A stretch of 64,000 nucleotides of DNA from Octopus sinensis (taxonomy: Eukaryota), in the NCBI RefSeq assembly GCF_006345805.1, contig NC_043021.1, forward strand, positions 3,782,001-3,846,000, in the 5' to 3' direction. Positions 12,271 to 25,754 of the stretch are shown here, one piece after another (positions within the stretch are counted from its first letter, which is position 1; every line of letters begins with the position of its first letter). The position numbers and the translations under genes were made by a program. Below the pieces are notes generated by a model that was not told the DNA's origin, made no database searches, and saw nothing but the letters and a program-made list of their open reading frames with translations.

Positions 12271-12817
12271 CAGTTGCGGCCAAAATGTTCAGAACGGCAT
12301 TGTTTTCGTCAGAAAAGTAAGTATAAGTTTTTATCAAAGTAGTTTTATATTCTATAATTTTCACAGACAATAAATACAATATTAATTGTTATTGTCTGAG
12401 ATTTTGGTGTAATTTGAGAGGATAATACAAAAGTTAGGGATGATTTAGTGATTTACTGCAAAACCCATGGCGGCCAAAATGATCAGAACGGTTGAAAAAA
12501 TAACAAAATAATCAAAAATGACAGAGAATACTGGAATTATTTAATATTTAATGTGAAGCCCTTTAGCTTCATTCACACTCTGACATCTTCGACTGCATGA
12601 GGAAATTAAATTTTCAATTTCTTGCTGGGTGATCTTATTCCATTCTTCCTGAAGGGCATTCCATAATTGCTCAGTTGCAATAACAAATAATATCGTATTT
12701 ATTGTCTGTGATAAGTATCTCTTATTATAAAATAGAATATAAAGCAACTTTGATAAAAAGATTATCTCTACTTTTCTGACGAAAACAATGCCGTTCCGAA
12801 CATTTTGGCTGCCACTG
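12271..12817 (-). mobile_element. Tc1-family internal-deletion derivative with long TIRs and TA TSD
   Basis: TA|CAGTTGCGGCCAAAATGTTC...GAACATTTTGGCTGCCACTG|TA. Residual transposase C-terminus LWNALQEEWNKITQQEIENLISSCSRRCQSVNEAKGLHIKY*. Confidence 0.9.
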
Positions 12818-13021
12818 TATTTCTGTATATTATTTTCAAACACACAGCATTCAAAAACGGAAATTAGGTAACCATTAGGTTACTATATTGTACCCTTGGA
12901 GATGGTACCATATAGTATTTCTTCCAGTGTTGGTGTTTTGCTTTATAATGACAGCATTTAGTAAATCTTCGATCAGTTTTTTTAAATATTTGTTTCAATA
13001 TTTGTTTAAACTTCAACACAG

Positions 13022-13178
13022 ATCAAACAAGATTTGCAATACAAGAAGTTAAAAGCAATTTCCGACAGTTTGTTTGAGATGTGGGACGTCGATCAGTCTG
13101 GCCATGTTAGCATGAAATATATTGAAAATGCGATAACTAATTTAAGAAAAACTACAGAAACGGAATTGGTCGAAATGA
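13022..13178 (+). CDS. EFCAB5: EFCAB5-like EF-hand exon (IKQDLQYKKLKAISDSLFEMWDVDQSGHVSMKYIENAITNLRKTTETELVEM)
   Basis: cacAG / GTGAGC boundaries, phase 0 to 1. Matches recalled EFCAB5 [20 protein letters not shown]. Too short for the ORF track. Confidence 0.85.
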
Positions 13179-13284
13179 GTGAGCGATTTCTTTAATTCTC
13201 TGTCAATCTGATAATCCCTGCTTTTTATCATTATCCTCATTTGTTTATTTAATTTCACTTGGCATTAAAGATTCTGCTAATTCA

Positions 13285-13485
13285 CTGTCTTCTTCCTCTT
13301 CCTCCTCCTCCTTTTCCTCTTCCTCCTCCTTTTCCCCTTCCTCTTCCTCCTCCTCCTCTTCCACTTCCTCCTCTTCCACTTCCTCCTTTTCCTCTTCCTC
13401 TTCCTCCTCCTCCTCCTCCTCCTTTTCCTCCTCCTCCTCCTTTCCTCTTCCTCTTCCACTTTCTCCTCTTCCTCCTCCTCCTCAT
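13285..13485. repeat. (CCT/CTT)n polypyrimidine triplet repeat
   Basis: About 200 nt almost purely pyrimidine; source of the Pro-, Arg- and Gly-rich spurious ORFs. Confidence 0.95.
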
Positions 13486-13811
13486 CTAATATCCCCTTTT
13501 CCATGCTGGCATGGGTTGGGTGGTTTGACAAGATCTGATGGACTGCAATGTGCTCCACGTTCTCTACCCGGGATGCTTTTCCTAATGCCAGCCATTTTCA
13601 CAGCATTGCACCCTGGCGCTTTCCTGCATGCCACTGGCACCAGTGAGGAATTTTAGTCAAATGATTTGACTCCAGTACTTATTCTTTGTAAGCCTGGTAC
13701 TTATTCTATCAATCCCTTTTGCTAAACTGGTAAGTTACAGGGATGTAAATACACTAACATCATTTGTCAAGCAGTGGTGGAGGACAAACATAGACACAAA
13801 GACACACACAC

Positions 13812-13859
<48 letters not shown>

Positions 13860-14515
13860 CACACTGGAGTTGAACTAGGGACGGCTGATGAAGGGGATTT
13901 TTCCTTGTGTAGTTGTCTTGTACTCTGTTTTTTCGTTGTTAAAAAAAATGGTCCGTTCCATGCTGTTTTTACGTTTTCGTTTCTCGTTGAGTTCTACGTC
14001 TATTTGTGGTGTCCTGTACTCACGTATATATATTTATATATGCATGTATATATACATGTAGATGTAGGTACGTACATATATGTTTGTATGTATGCATATA
14101 TTTTATTTATTACACTATTGTGTAATAAATAAAATAATATATAAATAAATAAAATAATATATAAATAAAAAAAATAAATAAAAAAAAAATATATATATAT
14201 ATAAAATATATAAATATATATATAAATAAATAAAATAAATAAACCACTACACTCACGGAGTGGTTGGCATTAGGAAGGGCATCCAGCCGTAGAAACACTG
14301 CCAGATCTGACTGGGCCTGATGAAGCCTTCCAGCTTCACAGACCCCAGTTGAACCGTCCAACCCATGCTAGCATGGAGAACGGACGCTAAATGATGATGA
14401 TGATGATGATGACTATTGTATGACTGAGCGCCCTCGCGTTGATTCGATTCGTTCGTTTCGTTTCTTCTTCTTCTCTAAGCTGGTTTTTATATATGTATAT
14501 ATATATATATATATA

Positions 14516-15029
14516 CATCCAATATAGGATAAAATTTTTCGAAAAAATTTTACCAATGCCCAGCATATTAAAAAATACCTTTAAAAGTTAAATTTATAAA
14601 CAAGGACTAAAGAAAAAATTTCTAATGCCGAATCTAGACACATCATCCATAACCATATAATTCATCACTATAAGCACGCGTCTCGAAGAAAGCCGACAGA
14701 AATTTCTAAAAAATGCCGTTATTATCATATCGGACCTGATTTCAGAAGTTAATTCATAAGAACCTTCTCTTCATCAGTGATAAATGCGGCAAAGAAATAA
14801 ATAAATGAAATACCTACTTATACCCATGGAAGAAGCAAACACTAAGTCATGAACACAATTAAGTACCCCAAATATATCCAAAATAGAAATTCTCCAGCCC
14901 TTTCGAGACACGTGCGATTCGAACTGAAAACTCTCGTAAAGTGAGAGAGTCCGGAAGTGAACACTATTATATTTACATCTAATATAGGATAAAAATTTCC
15001 GAAAAAAATTTTATCAATGGCCAGCATAT
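14516..15029 (-). mobile_element. 460-bp-period terminally redundant element with an internal hammerhead
   Basis: Direct repeats at 14516-14568 and 14976-15029. (TA)n flank. A truncated copy lies at about 8355-8482. Confidence 0.6.
14722..14783 (-). ncRNA. Type I hammerhead ribozyme motif (near-canonical)
   Basis: UUAUCA-CUGAUGA-AGAGAAG...CUUCU-GAAA-UC-AGGUCC-GAUA|UGAUAA. Stem I has 6 bp, stem III 3 bp; the stem II closing pair is non-canonical. Confidence 0.65.
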
Positions 15030-15221
15030 ATATATAATTAATTAATAATATCAGAGTAATAAAGATTTTAGAAATTTTTACTACAAGTGGCCTTTGAGAA
15101 TTTATCCCTAATTAGTGGTTTTTTGGACCTTAGCTGTTCCTTCTAGTGTAAGGGAGTCCTAAGATGGATACCTCTTAATGTGTTTAAATGTACACTGTAT
15201 TTTATAAATACAATATATATA

Positions 15222-15625
15222 GGCACAGGAGTGGCTGTGTGGTAAGTAGCTTGCTAACCAACCACATGGTTGCGGGTTCAGTCCCACTGCGTGGCATCTT
15301 GGGCAAGTGTCTTCTGCTATAGCCCCGGGCCGACCAATGCCTTGTGAGTGGATTTGGTAGACGGAAACTGAAAGAAGCCTGTTGTATATATGTATATATA
15401 TATAAGTGTGTGTGTATATGTTTGTGTGTCTGTGTTTGTCCCCCTAGCATTGCTTGACAACCGATGCTGGTGTGTTTACGTCCCTGTCACTTAGCGGGTT
15501 CGGCAAAAAGAGACCGATAGAATAAATACTGGGCTTACAAAGAATAAGTCCCGGGGTCGATTTGCTCGACTAAAGGTGGTGCTCCAGCATGGCCGCAGTC
15601 AAATGACTGAAACAAGTAAAAGAGT
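15222..15625 (+). mobile_element. SINE family A
   Basis: Full head-to-tail match. Confidence 0.85.
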
Positions 15626-16099
15626 AATATGACAGGTTTCTTCCAGTTTCTGTCTACCAGATCAACTCACAAGGCTTTGGTCAGCCTGTGGCTATAATGG
15701 AAGACACTTGCCCAAGGTGCCACACAGTGGGACTGAAATCAAAACCACGAAGCTGGGAAGCAAACTTCTTACCACACAGCCACATCTGCTGTACGTATAT
15801 CATCATCATCATCATTTTGATGTTGTCTTTTTTCCACGCTATCATATATGAAACCCATATTTGTGTGGTGATGAATAAAAAAAAAAAGGCAGCTGTGAAA
15901 TGGAAAAAAAAAAATAAATAAACATAGAAACAAATGAATAAAAAAGTACAACAAATTGGGTGTTGCTGATGTCTCCCACCATTTTATTATCAGAGATTTG
16001 CCAGTTCTGACTGGAATCTCAAAGTGAAATAGGAGAAAGTGGAAGGTAATCATATAACAGGATGAGACTGAATTTAGCAAGTGTTAGCATGACTCTTAA

Positions 16100-16167
16100 G
16101 ACACCTATATCTATCCGTCTGTCTGTCTGTCTGTCTATCCATCTGTCTGTCTGACAGTCTGTCTACC

Positions 16168-16204
<37 letters not shown>

Positions 16205-16237
16205 GCCTATCTGTCAACCTGTCTATATATCTATCTA

Positions 16238-16274
<37 letters not shown>

Positions 16275-16352
16275 TTGTCTATCTATCTATCTATTTGTCA
16301 TCTATCTATCTATCTATTTATCTATCTGCCTATCTGCCTATCTGTCAACCTG

Positions 16353-16423
<71 letters not shown>

Positions 16424-16452
16424 GTCCATCTATCTATCTATCTATCTATCTA

Positions 16453-16501
<49 letters not shown>

Positions 16502-16600
16502 TTATCTATCTATCTATCTATCTATCTGTCTGTCTGTCTGTCTATCTGTCTATCTATCTATCTGTCTATCTATCTATCTGTCTATCTATCTATCTATCTA

Positions 16601-16639
<39 letters not shown>

Positions 16640-16688
16640 GTCTATCTATCTATCTGTCTATCTATCTATCTATCTATCTATCTGTCTA

Positions 16689-16719
<31 letters not shown>

Positions 16720-16730
16720 GTCTGTCTATC

Positions 16731-16761
<31 letters not shown>

Positions 16762-16835
16762 CTATCTATCTGTCTATCTGTCTGTCTGCCTGTCTGTCTG
16801 TCTGTCTATCTGTCTATCTATCTGTCCATCTGTCC

Positions 16836-16887
<52 letters not shown>

Positions 16888-16940
16888 CTATCTATCTATC
16901 TATCCATCTGTTTGTCTATCTGTCTGTCTGTTTGTCTGTC
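16100..16940. repeat. (TCTA/TCTG)n compound tetranucleotide microsatellite
   Basis: Seen directly. Confidence 0.95.
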
Positions 16941-17214
16941 AATATGAGAGTGGGTGAGAGAGAGAGAGAGAGTGTGTGTCTGTGTGTAGTGGGAGATGCA
17001 TAATCAGGGGAGACTGACCAAATGAAGAGCTTAAAAAGCTATGAATGAAAACCGTTTTTTTTCTGCTCTCTCTCTCTTTGGATCTGTTCTTGCAGAGGAG
17101 GAGGTTGTGTGTAATGTAGTAAAGCGAAAGAAACACGGCTAACAATAGCAACTGCTGTCTTCACAACCTGAAACTTTGAATGAATGAGCTTCAGCACACA
17201 CACACACACAGACA

Positions 17215-17315
<101 letters not shown>

Positions 17316-17454
17316 AAACGTACACAAGTATAAATGCAGAACCTGCGCATGCAACATCGTTTGATTTATTGTTAGACAAAACAGCCAACACAGATCAAAT
17401 GGTCTCGTTTGAAACCTGAAACTTTTCTACGTCAAGAATAGATTGCTTATACAT

Positions 17455-17795
17455 AAGTATGTACATGTATATACATATATATATATATATATGTGTGTGT
17501 GTGTATGTGTGGGTGTGTGTATATGTGTGGGTGTGTGTATATGTGTGTGTGTGTGTATATATATGTGTGTGTATATATATGTGTGTGTATATATGTGTAT
17601 ATATATATATGTGTGTGTATATAGATATGTATGTATATATATATGTATATATATATATATGTGTGTGTGTATATATATATGTATATATATATATATGTGT
17701 GTGTATATATATGTGTGTGTGTATATATATGTGTGTGTGTTATATATATATATATGTGTGTGTATATATATATATATATGTATATATAATATATA

Positions 17796-17883
<88 letters not shown>

Positions 17884-17965
17884 TACATACATACATACAT
17901 ACATACATACATACATACACACATATGTATACACACACACACATATGTATGTGTGTGTGTGTGTA
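17455..17965. repeat. (TA/TG)n compound microsatellite
   Basis: Seen directly. A (CA)n tract is also present at 17185-17315. Confidence 0.95.
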
Positions 17966-18590
17966 CTTTGGTGTCAGGTGCTGGTGTTGATAGTTTTGCA
18001 ACTTCCCCGACAAACTGGGCATTGGTGTTATTTAGGATGCTTGCAGAACATTTTGCTCTGTGTGTGTGCATGAGTGTGTGTGTGTGTGTGACTAGGAAAG
18101 TTTACTTTGTCTAGTCTGAGTGATTATGTCCATCTGTCTCATAGTCACTGTGGGGGGGGGGGGGGTAGAGCTGTGAGAGAGCGGAGGGGGGGGGTGGTTG
18201 TTGATTTAGCATCACTTTCATACAATGAAATAATTGAAGAATGAGTAGAAGAAGAGAAAGAAGTTAGGGAACTTAGTTTGGTTTACCAGCAAGCTGTTTT
18301 ACTGCTTTATCGAGTCAGTGAGAAAAAAAAACTAGACAAACCAACGGTAATAATGATAATCCTTTCTGTTATAGACACAAGGTTTTGAAATTTTGGCAGA
18401 GGGGGTGCTGGTTGATTACATTAATTCCCTTTCCCTTGCCCCCAGGACACAACTGGTACTTATTTTATTGACTCAGGAAGAATGAATGCCAAACCTGACC
18501 TCAGTGGAATTTGAACTCAGAATGTAAAGATGGACAAAATGTCGCTAAGCATTTTGTCATGCATGCTAATGATTCTGCCAGTTCACTGCC

Positions 18591-18628
<38 letters not shown>

Positions 18629-18942
18629 TCTTTTTTACTAAAGGCACAAGGTGTGAAATTTTGCAGGAGGGGATTAGTCAATTACATTAACCCCAGTGTT
18701 TCACTGGTACTTAATTTATCAACCCCGAAAAGATGAAAGGCAAAGTGGACCTCAGTGGAATTTGCTCTAAGAATGTGAAGATGGACAAAATGCCACTAAG
18801 AATTTTGCCTGGAATGCTAACAATTCTACCAGCTCACTGCCTTAATAATAAGACAAACTAATATTAATCCTTTCTACTAAAGGCATAAAGCCTGAAATTT
18901 TGGGGGGATGAGGCTAGTCGATTACATTGATCCCAGTATTGT

Positions 18943-19320
18943 CACCCATAATTATAACCCTAGTATCGATCTATTGCATTTCAATCTATTTTAGATTTAG
19001 GGTTAGAGTTAGGGTTTGGGGTGGGGGAAGGGTATCTTTTTTCTTCACAAATGTAAATAAACCCAATCTGTTTCTTAAACGAGGGACATATTCATACAGC
19101 ACAGAATGTTATTCACCTAAATGGAGGTAATTGATTGGTTAAAATTGCCGAAATGCAAGAAATTAAAGACCAAATATGTTACAACCTATAGAACTTTCTC
19201 AATAAAGCCAAGAGAAAATGATGTTTTATAAACACATTCTACCAGTATACGAAGTTTAAAACTTTTTTAGTTACCTAGAAATTATGTTACAAATTGCCGT
19301 TCAAAAGGAAAAGATTCGTC
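18943..19320. mobile_element. TIR DNA element fragment; its other end is at 25437-25565
   Basis: Shares gtcacccataattat...gatctattgcatttcaat with 25488-25530. The ends gggatcttttcggtttgaacggc and gccgttcaaaaggaaaagattc are imperfect inverted repeats. Confidence 0.5.
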
Positions 19321-19824
19321 TTTTGTTTGCTGTGAATTTGAACTCTATATAAGTATGTGTGTGAGAGTTTTCATCTGATGACCGCAATGACAAAATTCAA
19401 GCCACAAAAACAAATTAAAGCATTTTTTTTCTTAAATAGACAATCCTCATCATCACATTGAGTGCCTTCCCATTTGTTGACAAACTAACATTTGTGCATA
19501 TTCTTCTGGTTTTTTTTACTTGTTTCAGTCTTTTGACTCCAGCCATGCTGGAGCACGGCCTTGAAGGGTTTTAGTCAACAAAATCGACCCCCAGGACTTA
19601 TTATCTTAAGCCTAGTACTTATTGTATTTTGCCAAACTGCTGAGTTACGGGGACATAAACATACCAACACCAGTTGTCAAGTGATGATTAGGGGGACAAA
19701 CACAGAAACAAAGACACACACACACACACACACATTCACACACACACACACATTCACACACACCACAATTCACACACACCACACACCCACAAAATAAAAA
19801 AAAATTTATATATATATATATATA

Positions 19825-20024
19825 AGCGCAGAGTGGCTGTGTGGTAGTAGCTTGCTAACAAATACATGGTTCCAGGTTCAGTCCCACTGCGGGCATCTTG
19901 GGCAAGTGTCTTATGCTATAGCCCCGGACCGACCAATGCTTGTGAGTGGATTTGGTAGACGGAAACTGAAAGAAGCCTGTCGATATAATGTTATATATAT
20001 ATATATATCTATATATTATATATA

Positions 20025-20060
<36 letters not shown>

Positions 20061-20301
20061 GATATATATGTATATATATATATATATATGTGTGTTTGTG
20101 TGTGTGTCTGTGTTTGCCCCCTAGCATTGCTTGACAACCGATGCTGGTGTGTTTACGTCCCCGTTCACTTAGCGGTTCGGCAAAAGAGACCGATAGAATA
20201 AGTACTGGGCTTACAAAGAATAAGTACTGGGGTCGATTTGCTCGACTAAAGGCGGTGCTCCAGCATGGCCGCAGTCAAATGACTGAAACAAGTAAAAGAG
20301 T
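19825..20301 (+). mobile_element. SINE family A
   Basis: Full head-to-tail match with an expanded internal (TA)n. Confidence 0.8.
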
Positions 20302-20445
20302 AATATATATATATATGACAGGCTTCTGTCAGGTTCTGTCTACCAAATCCACTCACAAGGCTTTGGTCAGTATAGGAGAAGACACTTATCCAAGGTGCTA
20401 CGCAGTGGAACTGAACCCAGAACCATGTGGTTGGTAAGCCATGCC

Positions 20446-20479
<34 letters not shown>

Positions 20480-20493
20480 ATTGGTAAGCCATG

Positions 20494-20529
<36 letters not shown>

Positions 20530-21284
20530 CATGAAAATAATTTGATTAACAAATTAATATTCAATTTTTCACCCTCATTTTAAATTTAAATAAATAAGCA
20601 TGGAAATATATAGGCAAGAAAATAAACAAGAAAGAATCACCCATTTCAAATTTATGTGTGTATATATATATATATAAGGCCAACATACTGGTATCATTTA
20701 ATCTTACAACTGTTTCAGCAAGATATGGGTCCTATGAATCTTTTAATGAGGTGAAAAATAATGATTATGTAATATTGTCCAGTTGTTATATAATATGCAA
20801 CCCACATTCATTTCAGAATCTTCTTTCTTCCTTTATTGTGTGTGTGCATGTATGCACACTCATATATATACAAAGAAAAAAAAAAAGAGAGGGAAATGTT
20901 GACAGGGACTTCAAAGTTTGCCAACACATTCAAATTTGAAAATTACTGTCAACCTTTGCTTGTGGAATTTAATTTGCTACTCAAATTAGTTTAATAATAC
21001 CTATATATGAAAAACATTTACACACAACATATACAAGGGGATGGAGGCTGAAAAGTTCCTGGCTCTATGGGTATCGTGAAAGGCCTGGTTGGAGGATTAA
21101 CCTTCCAAGTTCTTTTACAGGGCTTAAAAAGATTGAAGGACCGCTGCAATAAGTGTGTGAGTCTGGGAGGGGAGCATGTTGGAATAAAATCATAATTAAC
21201 TGATCCTCTGGGTTTTCTTTTATTCAAAGCCAAGAACTTTTTAGCACCTCTTCATGTGTGTGTGTATGTGTATATATATATTAA

Positions 21285-21345
<61 letters not shown>

Positions 21346-22427
21346 CTGGCAGAAACGTTAGCAGGCTGGGTGAAATGCGTAGCCGTATTTCATCTGTCGT
21401 TACGTTCTGAGTTCAAATTCCGCCGAGGTCGACTTTGCCTTTCATCCTTTCGGGGTCGATAAATAAAGTACCAGTTACGCACTGGAGTTGATATAATCGA
21501 CTTAATCCGTTTGTCTGTCCTTGTTTGTCCCCTCTGTGTTTAGCCCCTTGTGGGCAATAAAGAAATATATATATATATAATATATATATATATATAATAT
21601 ATATACACACACATAATATTTCCATGTTTACTTGTAATAAGTGTGTGTGTGTGTGTGATAGCTGTGTTTATCAGCATTCTTCTTTTCTGCCAATAAAACA
21701 GGAGGATCGGCTGACAAGAGTTCACCAATTTCAAATATGTACAATTGTCATTCCACTGGAAAGTGGTCATTAAGCATATCACCAGAAACATACACCAAAG
21801 TCTAATAGGAGATAAATGAAGTCTCTGTCTACTTGACTGAGAAGCGATATTACAGATATTATTATAACTCTTTATTACAGTTGGCACCGACAGAATAGGT
21901 CTATAATATAAAACATTCCAGTTTTGACTATCCCACCTTTTTTGTTTTTTTTTTTTGTTTTTGGGTTTAGTGAACCTAGATTTTATATAAATATGTGCGT
22001 GTGTGTGTGTGTGTGTGTAGACATGGCTGTGTGTGAAGTAAGAAGATTGCATCCCAACCATGTAGTCTCGTGTTCAATCTCGATGTGCTGCACCTTGGGC
22101 AACTGTAGCCCTGGGTTGACCCAACCCTCGTGTGTGGGATTTAGTAGATTGAAGCTGAAAGAAGTCCACTGTGTGTGTGTGTGTGTGTGTGTGTTTATTT
22201 GAGTGTGTGTGTGTGTGTGTATGTTTGTGTTGTCCTCCACCATTGCTTGATAACCATTATAGGTTTGTTTATGTCCCTGTAACTCAATGGTTTTGGAAAA
22301 AAAAAACAGACTTAGAATGTGCACCAGGCTTAAATATAAGTATTGGGGATTGATTTGCTCAACTGAATCCTTCAAGGTGGTGCCCCAGTATGGTTGTAGT
22401 GCAAAGATTAAGACAATTTCTATAGAT

Positions 22428-22641
22428 TATCTGTCTATCTATCTATCTATCTATCTATTTATCTATATCTATGTATCTATATCTATCTATCTATATCATC
22501 TATCTATCTATATCTATCTATCTATCTATATCTATCTATCTATATCTATCTATCTATCTATATCTATCTATCTATCTATATCTATCTATCTATCTATATC
22601 TATCTATCTATCTATATCTATCTATCTATCTATCTATCTAT

Positions 22642-22674
<33 letters not shown>

Positions 22675-22915
22675 TTTTTCCTATCTATATCTATCTATCT
22701 ATTATCTATATCTATCTATCTATATCTATCTATCTATCTATCTATATCTATCTATCTATCTATCTATATCTATCTATCTATATCTATCTATCTATATCTA
22801 TCTATCTATATCTATCTATCTATCTACTATCTATCTATCTATATCTATCTATCTATCTATATCTATCTATCTTTCTATCTATCTATCTATTTCATCTATC
22901 TATCTATCTATTTGT

Positions 22916-22997
<82 letters not shown>

Positions 22998-23045
22998 CTA
23001 TCTATCTATCTATATCCATATCTATCTATCTATATCAATCTATCT
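22428..23045. repeat. (TCTA/TCTATA)n microsatellite
   Basis: Seen directly. Confidence 0.95.
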
Positions 23046-23484
23046 GTGTGTGTTAAATACACACACACACACACACACACTCTACACACTCCACACACTC
23101 CTTTCTTTTTGGGCACAGTAAGGTGTGGTGTGTATGGTCACCAAATGAATTTCATAACAAAAATAGCACCAAAAATTTTCAAGAACAAAGCATTGTGTAA
23201 AAATGTGTTGTGTGTATATAAGTAAGATGTATATAGCAGGTGCTAGTGCACTCGTATATATCACCATCATCATCATTCAATGTCTGTTTGTCTTGCTGGC
23301 ATGGGTTGGACAGTTTGACCAGAGCTGGCAAGCAGGAGAGCCACACCAGGCTCCAGTCTGATTTGGCAGGGTTTTTATGGTTGGATGCTCTTTACAGTGT
23401 GATGGGTGCTTTTACATGGCACCAGCACTGGGCCTTTGTAGGTTAATCCTCTTCATCAGGGGAGCTGCATTAACAATTCTGCTG

Positions 23485-23579
23485 TGGAGGACATACATAC
23501 ATACATACATATACATACATACATATACATACATACATATACATACATACATATACATACATACATACATACATAAAAA

Positions 23580-23611
<32 letters not shown>

Positions 23612-23819
23612 CATACATACATACATACATACATATACATACATACATACATATACATACATACATACATACATAAAAATACATACATACATACATACAT
23701 ACATATACATACATACATACATACATACATATACATACATACATATACATACATACATATACATACATACATACATACATAAAAATACATACATACATAC
23801 ATACATAAAAATACATACA

Positions 23820-23851
<32 letters not shown>

Positions 23852-24099
23852 CATACATACATATACATACATACATATACATACATACATATACATACAT
23901 ACATACATACATAAAAATACATACATACATACATACATAAAAATACATACATACATACATACATATACATACATACACATACATACATACACATACATAC
24001 ACGTACATACATATACATACATACATATACATACATACATACATCCATACACATACATACATACATACATACACATACATACATACAAACATACATACA

Positions 24100-24131
<32 letters not shown>

Positions 24132-24165
24132 CATACATACACACACATACATACATACACATACA

Positions 24166-24197
<32 letters not shown>

Positions 24198-24271
24198 CAT
24201 ACATACATACATACATACATATACATACATACACATACATACATACACATACATACACGTACATACATACA

Positions 24272-24303
<32 letters not shown>

Positions 24304-24391
24304 CATACATACATACATACATACACATACATACATATACATACATACATACATACACATACATACATACAAACATACATACATACAAACA

Positions 24392-24423
<32 letters not shown>

Positions 24424-24465
24424 CATACATACACACACATACATACATACATACACATACATACA

Positions 24466-24497
<32 letters not shown>

Positions 24498-24515
24498 CAC
24501 ACACACACACACACA
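23485..24515. repeat. About 1-kb (TACA)n microsatellite
   Basis: Seen directly. It abuts a SINE-A head at the position of the internal microsatellite. Confidence 0.95.
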
Positions 24516-24876
24516 GTGAGCTTCTTTCAGCTTCCATCTACCAAATCCTCTCACATGCTTTGGTCGGCCCGAGGCTATAGTAGAAGACACTTGCCCAAGG
24601 TGCCACGCAGTGGGACTGAACCCGGAACCATGTGGTTGGTAAACAAGCTACTTACCACACAACCACGCTGGTTCTTAGAATGACATTGTCAACCAGGTGC
24701 GAGAGGCTGGATCTAGCCAGTTTGATCGTAAAGCTGATAGAATATTCGGGGCTGGGATATGGCTGGTTTAAATGCTTAAAGGGTTAAATGTTTTAAGAAA
24801 ATTATTATTTGAATATACGAAAGAAGAAAAAACAAAAAAACTGTTTTGTGTTGTTTTTTTGTTATTTTCATTGCAG

Positions 24877-25010
24877 TTGAAGAGGAACTGGAGAAGGTGA
24901 AAAAGAGGGAGAAGATCAGCAAGCACGAATTGCGACGGTTCATCCTCAACCTCGGCAACAGAATGCCTAACAACTACAACACCTTCATTGACTGCGCGAG
25001 CAACATGCAG
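24877..25010 (+). CDS. EFCAB5: EFCAB5-like exon (xEEELEKVKKREKISKHELRRFILNLGNRMPNNYNTFIDCASNMQ)
   Basis: Long pyrimidine tract + ttgcAG, GTAGGA donor. Phase 1 to 0 fits both neighbours. Confidence 0.85.
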
Positions 25011-25093
25011 GTAGGAAGGGAGGCAACTCTACATTCACTTGACATCTCCAAGTCACAGCAGTAATCCGATTTACTACATCAGGCTTAAATATA

Positions 25094-25365
25094 CAGGGTG
25101 TCCCCCAAAAATGTATACACACTTTAGCAGCTGATAACTCATTTGATATTTTTTCTTTCCTGATGAAACCTATAGGATTTAATGATGGCAGTCAGATTAA
25201 GCTTTGAACAAAGAAAATTCATTCTAAAATGATACTGGAAGTGTGAATTGTTCAAAGCTTAATCTGACTGCCATCATTAAATCCTATAGGTTTCATCTGG
25301 AAAGAAAAAATATCAAATGAGTTATCAGCTGCTAAAGTGTGTATACATTTTTGGGGGACACCCTG
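25094..25365. mobile_element. Mariner-type MITE, about 125-bp TIRs, TA TSD
   Basis: TA|CAGGGTGTCCCCCAAAAATGTATACAC ... GTGTATACATTTTTGGGGGACACCCTG|TA. Confidence 0.9.
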
Positions 25366-25625
25366 TATACAAACCAGCTTTCTTTGTCTTCGTTCTTCCT
25401 GTCTTCCTTCTCCATGAACATTGTAGGATGTTGTAGGGATCTTTTCGGTTTGAACGGCAGTTTTTTCTAGCGGTGTCACATGAAATTGTCACCCATAATT
25501 ATGACCCTAGTATCGATCTATTGCATTTCAATTTGTTTTAGGTGTGGGGTGGAAGGGTATCGTTTTTTCTTCTTCTCAACCAATTCTCAAGAATGTAAAG
25601 AATTTATCCTTCTTTTGATTTGCAG

Positions 25626-25754
25626 ATGAGCAGATCAGAAATAAACCGAGGCAGCTTGCGCAAAGAATGGTACCACAAAATCGTATATACTGGCAGAACA
25701 AGTGGAATTGATATGGTACCGGTTTATGATATTGTAATCAAGACCCTTGGTAAG
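25626..25754 (+). CDS. EFCAB5: EFCAB5-like exon (MSRSEINRGSLRKEWYHKIVYTGRTSGIDMVPVYDIVIKTLGK)
   Basis: Matches recalled [34 protein letters not shown]. tgcAG acceptor, phase-0 donor at 25755. Confidence 0.88.

Noticed and set aside
18997-19016. Telomere-like TTAGGG repeats
   Set aside because: Only two or three degenerate units, inside a dispersed DNA element.
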